Part shown: positions 27,985-37,027 of the stretch, piece after piece
How the letters are laid out: each line of letters starts with the position of its first letter
Position numbering within the stretch: the first letter of the stretch is position 1
Origin: an uncultured Verrucomicrobiae bacterium
GTDB lineage: Bacteria > Verrucomicrobiota > Verrucomicrobiia > Limisphaerales > Palsa-1400
DNA length: 64,000 nt
Reading direction: 5' to 3'
Assembly: GCA_963764165.1 (NCBI GenBank)
Contig: CAVXRD010000002.1
Coordinates: 512,001-576,000 of the forward strand
Notes under the pieces: model-generated
Databases searched by the model: none
What the model was told of the DNA's origin: nothing
What the model saw: the letters and a program-made list of their open reading frames with translations, nothing else
Program-made: the position numbers and the translations under genes

Positions 27985-29487
27985 ATGAACCGATTTTCGC
28001 AACGCATACTCGCATATTTCATCGGCATCCCTCTGGCCGTTGGGTTGGGTTATCTCGTGGCAACCCCGGATATGACGAATATCGCCACCGTTGGATTCGT
28101 GGTGTTCTGCTTATCGCTTCCACTCATCATCCAGTGGCACCATAAACTTGTTATCATTTTTTGGAATTCAGCGTTCGTGCTGGGTTTTTTGCCCGGGCAG
28201 CCCAGGTCATGGCTCGTTTTGGCGCTGCTTGGATTCGGCATCGCGTGGGTCAACCGGGTCTTGGGTCTCAAATCGTTCCTGTCCGTGCCGGAAGTCAACC
28301 GCCCCCTGGCGCTTATTTCATTGACAGTGGCTGCCACTGCCGTAATCCGGGGCGGACTCGGGCTGCGTGTATTTGGCAGCGCGGAATATGGATCCAAAAG
28401 CTACATTTACGTGCTGGCCTCCGTTCTCGGGTATTTTGCGCTCACTTCTGAAAGAATTTCGCTGCAAGACAGCCAGCGGGCTGCCAATTGGTTTTTTCTT
28501 TCCAGCGTTTCTTACGCCCTCGGAAATCTTGTTTATGCGCTGGGCCCTGCGTTTTACTTCCTCTTTGCCGTGATTCCGCCGGACTTTATCGGATCCCAGG
28601 TCGCCTCGGGATGGGATCCGAACATAGTCAATCGGTTGGGCGGATTGGGGCCGGCGGGCGCGGGTTTGCTTTGTTTTGCCATGGCGCGCTGGGGACTTCG
28701 AGGCTCGCTCCAATGGGAAAAGCCATGGCGCTACGGCTGTCTGCTGCTGGCATTGGCATGCGGCCTGTTTTGCGGTTTTCGTGCGGAGTTGATCTTAATC
28801 ATGAGCTTGCTGGTGGTGCAGTTTTTTGTCGAAGGGCTGTGGAAAACAGCGTTATTGCCTGTGGTGCTCTTGGCTATCGCGTGCGCGCTTCCACTCTTGC
28901 TTGTCTCTGAAAAGCTGCCGCGCGCCGTCCAGCGGAGCCTGGCGTTCCTGCCCATTTCGATCAGTTCAGACGTGAAGGAAGAGACGGTCTCTTCCACCGA
29001 GTGGCGGCTGCAGATGTGGGGTGATATTCTGAGTCAAATTCCCAAATACCTGATTGTAGGAAAAGGATACGTCATCGACCCGGGAGAGCTTTACCTGACC
29101 ACCGAGGCCGTGCGGTCGGGACTTCTTCCGAGTTACGCAGCCTTCGAAGTAGGCGGTGACTTTCACAGCGGTCCGCTGTCGGTGCTGATCCCCTTTGGTA
29201 TCTTTGGCTGCATCGGCTTCGTCTGGCTGATATTCGCGGGGATCAAAGTGCTCTATCTCAATTACCGCTATGGCGATGCGCGCCTGAAGAAAATAAATTC
29301 ACTCCTTCTTACTTATTACATGACGCAAGCATTGTGTTTTATTTTTGTCTTTGGCGCCATGAGCGGTCAATTATATATATTTACTGGATTGCTGGGGTTC
29401 AGCGTGAGCCTCAATCATGGTGTTTGCAGGAAGGCAGCGCCTCGGGCCGTCCTGGCTCCGTCCGCCGCCCTCCTGGAGCCTGCTTGA
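27985..29487 (+). CDS. O-antigen ligase/polymerase (Wzy_C)-like membrane protein, paralog 2
   Basis: Colinear with paralog 1: CGFR, WRLQMW...IVGKGY...GDFHSGPLS. Confidence 0.7.
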   Translation: MNRFSQRILAYFIGIPLAVGLGYLVATPDMTNIATVGFVVFCLSLPLIIQWHHKLVIIFWNSAFVLGFLPGQPRSWLVLALLGFGIAWVNRVLGLKSFLSVPEVNRPLALISLTVAATAVIRGGLGLRVFGSAEYGSKSYIYVLASVLGYFALTSERISLQDSQRAANWFFLSSVSYALGNLVYALGPAFYFLFAVIPPDFIGSQVASGWDPNIVNRLGGLGPAGAGLLCFAMARWGLRGSLQWEKPWRYGCLLLALACGLFCGFRAELILIMSLLVVQFFVEGLWKTALLPVVLLAIACALPLLLVSEKLPRAVQRSLAFLPISISSDVKEETVSSTEWRLQMWGDILSQIPKYLIVGKGYVIDPGELYLTTEAVRSGLLPSYAAFEVGGDFHSGPLSVLIPFGIFGCIGFVWLIFAGIKVLYLNYRYGDARLKKINSLLLTYYMTQALCFIFVFGAMSGQLYIFTGLLGFSVSLNHGVCRKAAPRAVLAPSAALLEPA

Positions 29488-29492
29488 TTTGC

Positions 29493-30350
29493 ATGCGTTT
29501 TTCCGTTGTCACCCCCAGCTTTAAGCAGTCCCAGTGGCTGAAGCTTTGCGTCGCGTCCGTCGCCGATCAAGGCGTTGAGCACGAGCACATTGTCCAGGAC
29601 GCCGGCTCAACGGACGGCACGCTCGACTGGCTTTTGAGCGACCGGCGCGTGAAGGCGTTTTCGGAAAAGGACGCGGGCATGTATGATGCCGTCAATCGGG
29701 GCCTCAAACGCGCCTCCGGCGAGATTCTCTCCTACCTCAATTGCGACGAACAATATCTGCCGGGGGCGCTGGCGGCGGTTGGCGATTACTTTGACCAACA
29801 CCCGTCAGTGGGCTTGCTTTTCGGCAATTGCCTGATCGTCGATCCAAAGGGAGAGCTGGTGTGCTATCGAAAGGTGCAAACGCCCTCCAAATATCACGTC
29901 ATGATTTCTCATTTGCCGACCTTCACCGCCGCCATGTTTTTCCGCCGGTCGCTCATTGACGAGCACAATCTTTTCTTCGACATCAAATGGCGTGATTGCG
30001 GTGATGCCGAATGGGTGTTGCGCGCGATGAACAAAGGAGTTCGCGTCGGAACGCTTGATAAATTTATTTCAACCTTCGCCGACACGGGCGAGAACATGAA
30101 CCTCGGCGCCAACGCCCAACGAGAGCGAAAGGCGATTTCAGACTCCGCGCCAGCCTGGGCTCGCAAACTCTCCCCGCTGCTTATTATGCGGCATCGTCTC
30201 CGGAGGCTGGCGGCGGGCGCCTACCGGCAGAAACCCTTTGACTACGCCATTTACACGATGGACAGCACCCATTCCCGCAAGAAAATCCACGCGGCAAATC
30301 CAAGTTTCAAATGGACGAGCCGGATGGAGTCGGTTTTCAAGCGCCTGTGA
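29493..30350 (+). CDS. Glycosyltransferase family 2 (WcaE-like)
   Basis: FSVVTPSF, VQDAGSTDGT, DAGMYDAVNRG and YLNCDEQY motifs. Confidence 0.92.
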   Translation: MRFSVVTPSFKQSQWLKLCVASVADQGVEHEHIVQDAGSTDGTLDWLLSDRRVKAFSEKDAGMYDAVNRGLKRASGEILSYLNCDEQYLPGALAAVGDYFDQHPSVGLLFGNCLIVDPKGELVCYRKVQTPSKYHVMISHLPTFTAAMFFRRSLIDEHNLFFDIKWRDCGDAEWVLRAMNKGVRVGTLDKFISTFADTGENMNLGANAQRERKAISDSAPAWARKLSPLLIMRHRLRRLAAGAYRQKPFDYAIYTMDSTHSRKKIHAANPSFKWTSRMESVFKRL

Positions 30351-30458
30351 GCGGGCGCCGGAATTGATCGAATCAACCTGATCGAAATTCACTGTTGCTT
30401 TGCCGTTCGCGGCTGTGATATTGCTTAAGGCGATTCTGAGAGACTTGGTAAGTTTTCA

Positions 30459-30543
30459 GCCCGCGTGGCGGAATTGGCAGACGCGCTAGATTCAGGTTCT
30501 AGTGAGTAACATCGTACAGGTTCAAGTCCTGTCGCGGGCACCA
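30459..30543 (+). tRNA. tRNA-Leu(CAG)
   Basis: GCCCGCG/CGCGGGC acceptor stem, CTAGA-TTCAGGT-TCTAG anticodon arm, long variable arm, GGTTCAAGT T-loop, CCA. Confidence 0.97.
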
Positions 30544-30587
30544 AATAAACCCTGACAACAGAGTTTCTCTCGCGAGAACATACAATC

Positions 30588-32195
30588 ATGGGTTTGAGCA
30601 TAAGACAGGCAACTGCGGCAGATGCTCCCGAGTGGCTGAGTCTCGTCCGGGCAACCCTCGGCGATTCCTACCCCGGGAAGGACCTGTATGATATCAAATG
30701 CATCCGGGCCCTGCTCGACCCGGGCAATGGCGAAGAAACCTGGGTGGCCGAATCATCCGGCAGACTTTCCGGCAGTGTATCTTTCCTCAAGCCCTGGGGG
30801 CCGGATGGCAATCCGGTAGCCAATCTCGGCCGCAATCTTCTGCGTCCCGAGAGCGTGGCCGACAACTCCGCCGCCGCCCTCCTCCATGCGGTCAACGAAA
30901 TCGCCACCAAGCGCGGAGAGATGAGCATCGTGCGCCTCGCCGCCGACGACAACGCCCAGCAAGTCCTGTTTGAGAAAATGGGCTACGTTTGTGTCGGGTT
31001 TCAGCCAAGCAAGCACATGCTTCAGCAGCGCGTCGGCATTCTTTTTTACGTGCGAGGGGCGAACTCCGTCCTGGTGACGCGTCATCCGCTTTCTGAATCG
31101 CTGCCGCAGGTCAGCGAGCTGGCCACCGCCGCCCTGGAAAACCTCCAGATTCCTGTTCATATGACAGTGCGGGATGGGGCCTGCGGCTACCCGCTCACAT
31201 CGGATTTCAAAATTCACGACGCGACGCCGGAAGATTTTGAGCGATGGCATTCCAAGCTGGGGAACATCAATCCTCCCATCGAGGTTTCCGGCCATTTCAA
31301 CTGCGGTTTTGGCATGATGCGGCTGCCCGCTGACCGCAAGCCGCGGGCATTCCTCGGAATCCGGGGCGAGAGAATTTCATCCGGGATGAGCTGTTATTTT
31401 GACGAACAGGACCGCTGCGACAGAATCATCGATGCCTTTTCCTGTGACGATATTTCCATGGGCGCCCTGCTCGCCCACGTCGTCAAAACGATGCAGACGC
31501 AGACCAATGCTGTTTACACGGAGGTTGATATTCTGGCCACCGCGCCGCGTCTGCTGAAAAGCGCTGAACAGCTTGGATTTGTTCCGGTGGCTTACCTGCC
31601 CGCTTTCTATTGCCGCAACGGTCAATATGCGGACGTGGTCAAGATGGTTAAATTGCACGTGAGCTATTCGCTCGAGCCGGGAGGTTTCACAAGCCACGCC
31701 AGATCCATCGTCCAGATCATCGACCGCAATTTTGAAGACCAGAAAATGGGGCTGGCCATCATCAATCTGCTGCGTCCGCTCTCCATGTTCGGGAACCTCG
31801 GGGACGGCGAATTGCGGAAGATGGCGCGGCTGTTCGTGCAAAAACTTTACCGCCCTGGCGAGCAAGTGTTTGCCCGCGGCGAATCGGGAGACGAAGCGTT
31901 TGTCGTGCTCCGTGGAAAAATCAATATTCAAATGGACCTGAACGCCCCTCCCATAGCGCAAATCTCGGATGGCAAGATCATGGGGGAGCTGGCGTTCCTG
32001 GATGGCTCCCCTCGCACCGCCTTTGCCATCGCCGCCGTTCCGACCATTTTGCTGGTGATGAAGCGCGATGCCTTCACCGAACTTGTCCGCCGGGAGCCGA
32101 CGCTGGGGATGATGGTGATGCGAAATCTGGCGCAAGATCTCGCCGCCAAACTGCGCACGGTCAACGAATCCCTGGCCGCTGGCAAAAAGACGTAA
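30588..32195 (+). CDS. GNAT-like domain(s) plus C-terminal cyclic-nucleotide-binding domain protein
   Basis: IRQATAADA and LFEKMGY GNAT-like motifs; PGEQVFARGESGD...GELAFLDGSPRTA cNMP-binding cassette. Confidence 0.8.
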   Translation: MGLSIRQATAADAPEWLSLVRATLGDSYPGKDLYDIKCIRALLDPGNGEETWVAESSGRLSGSVSFLKPWGPDGNPVANLGRNLLRPESVADNSAAALLHAVNEIATKRGEMSIVRLAADDNAQQVLFEKMGYVCVGFQPSKHMLQQRVGILFYVRGANSVLVTRHPLSESLPQVSELATAALENLQIPVHMTVRDGACGYPLTSDFKIHDATPEDFERWHSKLGNINPPIEVSGHFNCGFGMMRLPADRKPRAFLGIRGERISSGMSCYFDEQDRCDRIIDAFSCDDISMGALLAHVVKTMQTQTNAVYTEVDILATAPRLLKSAEQLGFVPVAYLPAFYCRNGQYADVVKMVKLHVSYSLEPGGFTSHARSIVQIIDRNFEDQKMGLAIINLLRPLSMFGNLGDGELRKMARLFVQKLYRPGEQVFARGESGDEAFVVLRGKINIQMDLNAPPIAQISDGKIMGELAFLDGSPRTAFAIAAVPTILLVMKRDAFTELVRREPTLGMMVMRNLAQDLAAKLRTVNESLAAGKKT

Positions 32196-32339
32196 CCACG
32201 CGCCGCGTGTTTAGACACTCGCAGAATCGGAAATCAGAAACCAGGCATCCGTCTTGTCCCTTGATCTCATTCCGGCCGAGGTCGAATGCTCGTTCGGACG
32301 GCTTGCCTAAAATGACACTGATTCGTGGATGAAAATTCG

Positions 32340-33605
32340 TTACGCATTCGGCTTTTGTTCTATCTCTTCAGGCCTTTCCGGATCTCCGCCAACGAGGTCG
32401 CCGGCCCGGCCCGAGCGCCAGCGGCGCAGCGTCCGCGCGAATTTAATCGGCCAGTCTCTGTCCATGAAAGGCTTTTCCAGAAAGACAAACAGCAACGCGC
32501 ACGCCGAAACGATGGTCGTTGTGATAAGGGCAAACTGAATCAGCAAGTCCAGGGACAGGTTTGCCACTCGAATCTTCTCAGTAAACCTAAAAGCAAACAA
32601 AAGGATGAAGTCGTGGTACAAGTAAATTGTATAACACATTCCGCCTATGACAGCGACCCACGAATTCCGCAGGAGCCGAGCGGCCAGCACGCCTCGAAAC
32701 GCCGCCAGAAAACATGCAAAAACGGCCACCGGAAGAAGAACTGAAATCAAGTGCCCAGTGGCAAGAACCACCACAGCCAGCGCAATCGCGAACCCCAAGT
32801 CCCACCAAGGGGAGCGGCTGAGCGACTCCAGCCTGCCGTCCACGAAAAGGTCCGCGAACAAAAATCCAACCAGAAACAAATGCAAGTTCCCGGCCAATGA
32901 TGTCCAATATCGATAGTAGCTTCCGAAAAAGCATTCGGCGCACACGCCCGCGGCAATCAAAGCAATGAAGCAAGACCACCGGAGTATTTTATCTTTAACG
33001 AAGAAGATTCGAGCCAACCACGGCGCGAGCAGATAAAACTGAACCTCTACCTCAAGCGACCAAAGCACGATATTGGGGTAGGCATGGTATCCAAAGATCG
33101 CACTGTGCGCATAAATAAGGCTGCTGGAAATATGCGCGAGGGCAAACTGGAACCAGTCTGGATTGTGATATAAGCGCGTTTGCGACGGCGTGTGCCGTAA
33201 AACGAACGCGCAGAGCGCCAGCATAATGACGAGTTGAATGACGTAGGGCGGCTCAATCCTCGTCAAGCGCCGAAGGTAATACTCGCGCAAGTTTACAGCG
33301 GGCGCCCCGCGAAGTGCGTGCCGGGCAAATGGAACTGAAAGGATAAATCCGCTGATCGAAAAAAACAACGAGACCCCATAATGGCCTGCCGCAAAAACGG
33401 TGTTCAGCCAAAAAACGGGTTGCGTCCCCCCAGGGTTTGTGAACCCGCGCCGGACGGAATACATGCCTCGGACATGGTATGCGATAACTGCCATAATCGC
33501 CAAGAATCGAAGTCCATCAATCTGCGGGAGGATTTTCCTCCCAGGCGTCGTGACACGTGAAAGCCTTCCCAACAGATTCAATTTCAGATTCTTTAGGAAT
33601 AACAT
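32340..33605 (-). CDS. Acyltransferase family 3 (OafA-like)
   Basis: IDGLRFLAI, GVSLFFSISGFIL, RRLTRIEPPY, WSLEVEVQFY and YTIYLYH motifs. Confidence 0.92.
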   Translation of the reverse strand: MLFLKNLKLNLLGRLSRVTTPGRKILPQIDGLRFLAIMAVIAYHVRGMYSVRRGFTNPGGTQPVFWLNTVFAAGHYGVSLFFSISGFILSVPFARHALRGAPAVNLREYYLRRLTRIEPPYVIQLVIMLALCAFVLRHTPSQTRLYHNPDWFQFALAHISSSLIYAHSAIFGYHAYPNIVLWSLEVEVQFYLLAPWLARIFFVKDKILRWSCFIALIAAGVCAECFFGSYYRYWTSLAGNLHLFLVGFLFADLFVDGRLESLSRSPWWDLGFAIALAVVVLATGHLISVLLPVAVFACFLAAFRGVLAARLLRNSWVAVIGGMCYTIYLYHDFILLFAFRFTEKIRVANLSLDLLIQFALITTTIVSACALLFVFLEKPFMDRDWPIKFARTLRRWRSGRAGDLVGGDPERPEEIEQKPNA

Positions 33606-33872
33606 GAGGGAGGATTACGGACTCAATCCCGCATCGGCCTTTCTCGCCAGATGGAAAGCTGCGCTTGGAGAGCAGAAAAGGCCCTCAAAAGGCGCATTTC
33701 CGCTTCAACGAACATGGTAGAATAGGCTCCTGCCCGCACTGCGCATAATTAGCCGCGACGACAGGCCGGAGCAATGAGCATTTCACGGTATTTCCAAAGC
33801 GATGCCGTGGGAGCCGATCTATTCCCAATCGTTTGAGCGAAGCGTTCTTTTTGAACATAATATTGATGGGAC

Positions 33873-33901
33873 TTGTCAAGAAAGAGTTTGTGTTGTATAA
33901 T
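33873..33901 (+). promoter_or_regulatory. Near-consensus sigma70 promoter
   Basis: TTGTCA-N17-TATAAT. Confidence 0.7.
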
Positions 33902-33926
33902 CGCTCCCCGGTTCGGCGAATACCTT

Positions 33927-34556
33927 ATGCGCAATTATATTTTTGGAAGTAAGAGCATGGATGACAACGCAGGCGCACTCCGTTCCCTTTTACTTTTCGC
34001 GCGACGATCGGCGAGTTTCCAATATGGCAGGCTCTTTTGCTTGGCGGCCGTGTTAACTTTGGTGCTTGCCCGTGGAGTAATTCTGCAAGCCCAGGTGGCG
34101 AGTTCCCCGTCGCAATTGGTGCGTCCCATAATGAAAGACCCGAACAAGCGGGTTGCTCCCAATAGCCTCGGTCGCGATTCAGCAAGCTCGGATGGGTCTA
34201 CGAATCCGCATACTTCCACCCGCCTCGCGCCAATGCGCCCGGCGGAGCCAACCTCCATTGTCGCAAAGGTGGATCCGGCCTTCGCGGCTTCAACGCTAAC
34301 CTTGGTCGGAACGGTGGATGGTTTGAGAGGCACTCTGTATGTGACAAATATTAGCTCGTCCGCCGTCAAGCCCCTTTTGCAAGTCGCGGTGTGTGATCAG
34401 AAAGGATTTAAGGTGGACGTCATCAACAAGACCGGTTCATTGCTGGAACCAAATGCCAGCGAGAAACTCGTTGTGGTTGGGACGAATCTCAACGCGATGG
34501 ACCTGAAACTCGTGCGCCTGGCGCCGGCCACCGGAGCGGCGGCAACAGCCAAATAG
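33927..34556 (+). CDS. Hypothetical exported protein (start uncertain)
   Basis: Hydrophobic segment followed by a low-complexity linker and a small beta-rich domain; downstream of a consensus promoter. Confidence 0.55.
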   Translation: MRNYIFGSKSMDDNAGALRSLLLFARRSASFQYGRLFCLAAVLTLVLARGVILQAQVASSPSQLVRPIMKDPNKRVAPNSLGRDSASSDGSTNPHTSTRLAPMRPAEPTSIVAKVDPAFAASTLTLVGTVDGLRGTLYVTNISSSAVKPLLQVAVCDQKGFKVDVINKTGSLLEPNASEKLVVVGTNLNAMDLKLVRLAPATGAAATAK

Positions 34557-34561
34557 TCAGA

Positions 34562-34643
34562 CGGCAGGGCGAGACTCGGTCGAGCCCTGATTAAATTCCC
34601 GTCCCAAAATCCAATCAGGGCTCGACACAGTCTCGCCCTGCCG
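34562..34643. repeat. Long REP-like inverted repeat between convergent genes
   Basis: 31-bp arms CGGCAGGGCGAGACTCGGTCGAGCCCTGATT / AATCAGGGCTCGACACAGTCTCGCCCTGCCG (29/31); related to 56756-56822. Confidence 0.8.
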
Positions 34644-36003
34644 AGTTGGTCTGCAGCTTCCGCGCCCGCCAAATGTAGACCGGCAAGCCGAGGCTGATGA
34701 GTCCGAGGCCAACCGCGGATTCCTTTGGGTTCGTCATCAATGTATTGGCCAGCAGCCAAAGCGCGACCGCGATGAAAATGATTGGCACCGCCGGATATCC
34801 CAATGTTTTGTACGGGCGCGGCGCATCGGGCTGTCTCCGTCGCAGGACAAAAACCGCACCGGTCGCCGCCGCGTAAAAAATCATGCTCGCGAAAATGACG
34901 CAGTCGGTTAATTGGTCGAACGTGGCCGAAATCACCAGCAGCGAGGCCCACAAACCTTGCAGCAGAATCGCCGACACCGGCACGGCGGATTTTCCACCGA
35001 GCTTCCCGAAGCTCTCAAAAAACAAACCGTCCCGCGCCATCGCATAAGGTATCCGCGCGCCGGTCAGAATCGACCCGTTCAGCGCGCCAATAGTTGACAG
35101 CATCGCGGCGATGGCTACCAACTCCGCTCCGGAGCCCGGCAAGAAAGTCTGCGCCGCTTTCGACGCGACCGGCAGCGTCGCCTTGCCAAAACTGGTGCTG
35201 GAGGAGGCGATTTCGCCAATCGGAAGCGCGTAGAAATAAGCGACATTCACCACGCCATACACCAGCAGCACAATCGCCATTCCCACGATGAGCGCGCGAG
35301 GAATGTTGCGGCCCGGATCGCGAACTTCCCCCGCCGCCATCGGCATATTGTTCCAGCCGTCGAAAGCCCACAACGCCGCCAGCATCGCCGCGCCAAAAGC
35401 GGAAAAACCGCACCAATTTGGAATGCCGGGAGGCGTCCGGAAATGCTCCCACGACGCGGAGCGGGCAAAGAAAAACACGCCTCCCGCAATGGTCGCGATG
35501 GCCAGCACCTTGGCCAGCGTCAGCGCCGCCTGCACGTGCCCGCCGATGGCGACGCGAAGGCAATTGATTCCCGAGAAAGCCAAAATCACCGCAACCCCCA
35601 CCGCCTTCGTCCACGCCGAACTCATCGGCAGCAAAACAGCCAGAAATGTTGCGAAGGCCGCGCCGAAACTGGCGATCGAACCGGTGGAACCAATGACAAG
35701 GCGCATCCAGCCGAAGAGAAATGCGGGAATATTCCCGTAGGCCACGCGCAGGTAAACGTATTCTCCCCCTGCGTTGGGAAGCATTGCGCCAAGCTCGGCG
35801 TAACTCAGCGCCCCGGCGAGCGACAACATTCCCGCCGCTGCCCACCCCAGCAAAACCATCCACGGCGTTCCCACCGCCTGGGCCATGCGGCTTGTTTTCA
35901 GGAAGACACCAGTGCCGATAATTGTCCCGACCACCAGAGAAGTGGTGGCGCTGAAATCCAGTCCGCGAACCAGCTCGTGTTTGTCCTTGGCGAGGTCAGC
36001 CAC
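34615..36003 (-). CDS. APC-family amino acid permease
   Basis: GTIIGTGVF, YAELGAMLPNAGGEY, WAFDGW, GEVRDPGRNIPRA and RPYKTLGYP motifs; about 12 TM. Confidence 0.93.
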   Translation of the reverse strand: MADLAKDKHELVRGLDFSATTSLVVGTIIGTGVFLKTSRMAQAVGTPWMVLLGWAAAGMLSLAGALSYAELGAMLPNAGGEYVYLRVAYGNIPAFLFGWMRLVIGSTGSIASFGAAFATFLAVLLPMSSAWTKAVGVAVILAFSGINCLRVAIGGHVQAALTLAKVLAIATIAGGVFFFARSASWEHFRTPPGIPNWCGFSAFGAAMLAALWAFDGWNNMPMAAGEVRDPGRNIPRALIVGMAIVLLVYGVVNVAYFYALPIGEIASSSTSFGKATLPVASKAAQTFLPGSGAELVAIAAMLSTIGALNGSILTGARIPYAMARDGLFFESFGKLGGKSAVPVSAILLQGLWASLLVISATFDQLTDCVIFASMIFYAAATGAVFVLRRRQPDAPRPYKTLGYPAVPIIFIAVALWLLANTLMTNPKESAVGLGLISLGLPVYIWRARKLQTNSAGRDCVEP

Positions 36004-36004
36004 G

Positions 36005-36781
36005 TCAAAATTGGATGGCCGGCAAGAGCCACTTTTTCTGGCGTTTCAGATATTCGGGCTCCGGCATTTGCACCAGCACCGGCTTGGACGCGCCGTCGAG
36101 CCAGCCCAGCAAGGTCTCCATTGAGCTTTCCTTCATCGCCGTGCAGCCGCTGGTCGGCTTGCCCGGCCCTTTCCAAATGTGCATGAAAACACAGGAACCG
36201 GCCCCAGGCACCACGCCTCCAGAATTGTGGGCCACGAAAATTCCAAGCTTATACTCATCATCCGCCATTTTCATTTTCTCGGAGCTTTTCCAGTCGGGCT
36301 TCTCCACTGCCTTGCGATCCTTGACGATATTGTAATAGGTGGAATTGGTGTCGTCGATGCACTCGACACTGGAAGTGCATTGGATGTAAGGCAGTTTAAT
36401 TTCGGTGACGTCGTCCGGCGCGGCGTAGCCAAAGGCATAGGGAAGATGGAAAATACCGGCCGGGCTTCTGCCGTCGCCCTCGTGTTTTTGCGGATCATTC
36501 GGCACCAGGGCTGCGGGCTGATTGGTCATGCCAAGCCCCCACCCCATCCCGCTCCGGCCAACGACAATCGGCATTGCCGTCCCGACCTGGTCCCATCCGT
36601 TCTCCTTGCGTTCAAAATATCGCAACGTGCCGTCCGTGGCCGTCCAGTCCTTGGTGGTGACCACCACCATTTGGCGGGACATCGACATAGTTTCGAGGAG
36701 TGGAATCTGCGCATTTGCCTGCGCCGCGAGGGCGACAGAGGCCAAAGCCACAGCGGCACAGAGCTTACTCAAAAAAAGCAC
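36005..36781 (-). CDS. L,D-transpeptidase (YkuD-like) family secreted protein
   Basis: Signal peptide, KHEGDGRSPAG, GSCVFMH...PTSGC catalytic His/Cys motif. Confidence 0.85.
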   Translation of the reverse strand: MLFLSKLCAAVALASVALAAQANAQIPLLETMSMSRQMVVVTTKDWTATDGTLRYFERKENGWDQVGTAMPIVVGRSGMGWGLGMTNQPAALVPNDPQKHEGDGRSPAGIFHLPYAFGYAAPDDVTEIKLPYIQCTSSVECIDDTNSTYYNIVKDRKAVEKPDWKSSEKMKMADDEYKLGIFVAHNSGGVVPGAGSCVFMHIWKGPGKPTSGCTAMKESSMETLLGWLDGASKPVLVQMPEPEYLKRQKKWLLPAIQF

Positions 36782-36850
36782 GGCGGGATGTTGACAAATG
36801 TTACGATTTCAAGGCAAGCTGAATCCCCCGTTGCCAAAGAATGGAGTGGA

Positions 36851-37003
36851 GTGGCCAAGAAACCCAAGAGTTTTTATTATCTGCTGCCGGGTCAGGGGCG
36901 CGGAGCGCGGAAGCGCTTCATACGCAACCTGATCGCGGCGATCATTGTGGGGATTATTACCTGCGGGCTTCTGGCATGGGTCTGCTATCTCATTGCAACC
37001 TAA
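36851..37003 (+). CDS. Small single-TM protein (50 aa), below the ORF-track cutoff as an independent ORF
   Basis: GTG start; AKKPKSFYYLLPGQGRGARKR followed by a hydrophobic helix. Confidence 0.6.
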   Translation: MAKKPKSFYYLLPGQGRGARKRFIRNLIAAIIVGIITCGLLAWVCYLIAT

Positions 37004-37027
37004 ACACAACGTCTTGAATAATTGCCT

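Noticed and set aside
1742..30543. tRNA-anchored integrative element between or beside the two tRNAs
   Set aside because: No integrase and no duplicated tRNA 3' end (att site) was seen.
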